28,648 nucleotides of DNA. It comes from Anaerolineales bacterium (GTDB lineage Bacteria; Chloroflexota; Anaerolineae; Anaerolineales; E44-bin32). Of the stretch, positions 27,886 through 28,648 are shown in pieces (positions within the stretch are counted from its first letter, which is position 1; every line of letters starts with the position of its first letter). The notes under the pieces are model-generated. The model had not been told where the DNA came from and searched no databases. It saw nothing but the letters and a program-made list of their open reading frames with translations. The stretch covers positions 1 to 28,648 of the forward strand of contig JASFUN010000001.1 of the NCBI GenBank assembly GCA_050050255.1, in the 5' to 3' direction. The translations under genes and the position numbers were made by a program.

Positions 27886-28647
27886 CTACCCATTAAGCTT
27901 GGCAAGCTCATCAAACAATTCCCGCTCGCGGCCACTAAGGTTTTCTGGAATCTTCACATTTAACTCAGCGAAAAGGTCACCCTTTACAGATGGTTCTCGC
28001 AAGCGGGGCATACCGCGGCCTTTTAGTCGGAAGGTCTTTCCCGGCTGACTGCCCGCCGGGATGGTGAGAATGACATCCCCGCTCAGTGTTGGTATTTTTA
28101 CCTCGCCTCCCAAAACAGCGGTGTAAAGATCGACCGTTACCTGGGTTCGAAGGTCATCGTGTTTGCGCTCGAAGCGCGGATCATCCTGCACGTTCACGCG
28201 CAGGTACAGATCTCCAGAACCGCCTGAACCGGATTCGCCTTTGCCGCTCACACGCACGCGTGTCCCGGTCCGGGCTCCAGGTGGGATCGTCACTTCTAAG
28301 CGGCTGCCATCCCGCTGGATGGTCCTTTGAGTTCCGGTATATGCCTCGGTGAGGCTGATAGCGATGGGCTGCTCAATGTCACGGCCGCGTCTGGCTGTTC
28401 GTGGTCGGCGACCGAAACTGCCAGCGCCTTGTGCTGCACCGCCGCCAAAGATGGAATTAAAGAAATCCGAGAAACCACCACCGCCGAAGATGTCCCCGAT
28501 GTCACCAACTTCAACCCTGACATTCCCCCCGCCCCCGGGGAAACCGCTGGCCCATTGGGACCAATCGAAGCTGCCCGGATCCCGTCCAGTGCGCTCCCAG
28601 GCTCGATAAGATGAGCCCAGTTGATCGTACTTGGCACGTTTCTTTTT
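27886..28647 (-). CDS. CbpA-like class B DnaJ co-chaperone (no zinc finger); J-domain largely beyond the window edge
   Basis: My translation runs open from 28647: KKKRAKYDQLG...GGGGFSDFFNSIFGG...RGRDIEQPIAISLTEAYTG...LEVTIPPG...GDLYLRV...RLKGRGMP...GDLFAELNVKIP. The ORF track lists only the last 135 aa. Confidence 0.92.
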   Translation of the reverse strand, partial: KKKRAKYDQLGSSYRAWERTGRDPGSFDWSQWASGFPGGGGNVRVEVGDIGDIFGGGGFSDFFNSIFGGGAAQGAGSFGRRPRTARRGRDIEQPIAISLTEAYTGTQRTIQRDGSRLEVTIPPGARTGTRVRVSGKGESGSGGSGDLYLRVNVQDDPRFERKHDDLRTQVTVDLYTAVLGGEVKIPTLSGDVILTIPAGSQPGKTFRLKGRGMPRLREPSVKGDLFAELNVKIPENLSGRERELFDELAKLNG

Positions 28648-28648
28648 A

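Overview
A 28.6 kb GC-rich chromosomal window with no mobile element, CRISPR array or RNA gene that I can support. The gene repertoire (soluble multi-GAF kinase, LAC-type lipoboxes, membrane-anchored NERD and FHA proteins) suggests Chloroflexota, probably Anaerolineae; this is inference. The left part is mainly metabolic: a truncated J-domain protein, aconitase A, an orphan 4xGAF histidine kinase, ADP-forming acetate-CoA ligase coupled to a stand-alone Pta N-terminal (DRTGG) protein, RNase HII and a GT2. From about 12 kb onward the window is dominated by protein quality control and membrane proteolysis: NfeD, FHA, OsmC, a lipoprotein-type Pcm, a membrane spermidine-synthase-like SAM protein, an esterase, ClpB and Hsp20 (divergent), a rhomboid, an eRF1-like baeRF, HtrA and a CbpA-like DnaJ. 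The best candidates for an undescribed system are: (i) a three-gene unit of single-pass, N-in coiled-coil membrane proteins directly after the rhomboid gene, where the first carries a cytoplasmic helix-hairpin-helix domain (inverse of ComEA) and the other two are divergent paralogues; (ii) a dnaJ-htrA-baeRF run containing an eRF1-like factor with an altered, two-Gln catalytic loop; (iii) an apparently exported SAM-dependent Pcm next to a polytopic SAM-binding protein. Several ORF-track starts were moved to downstream RBS-supported codons. All family calls come from motif recognition by eye; no database search was run.
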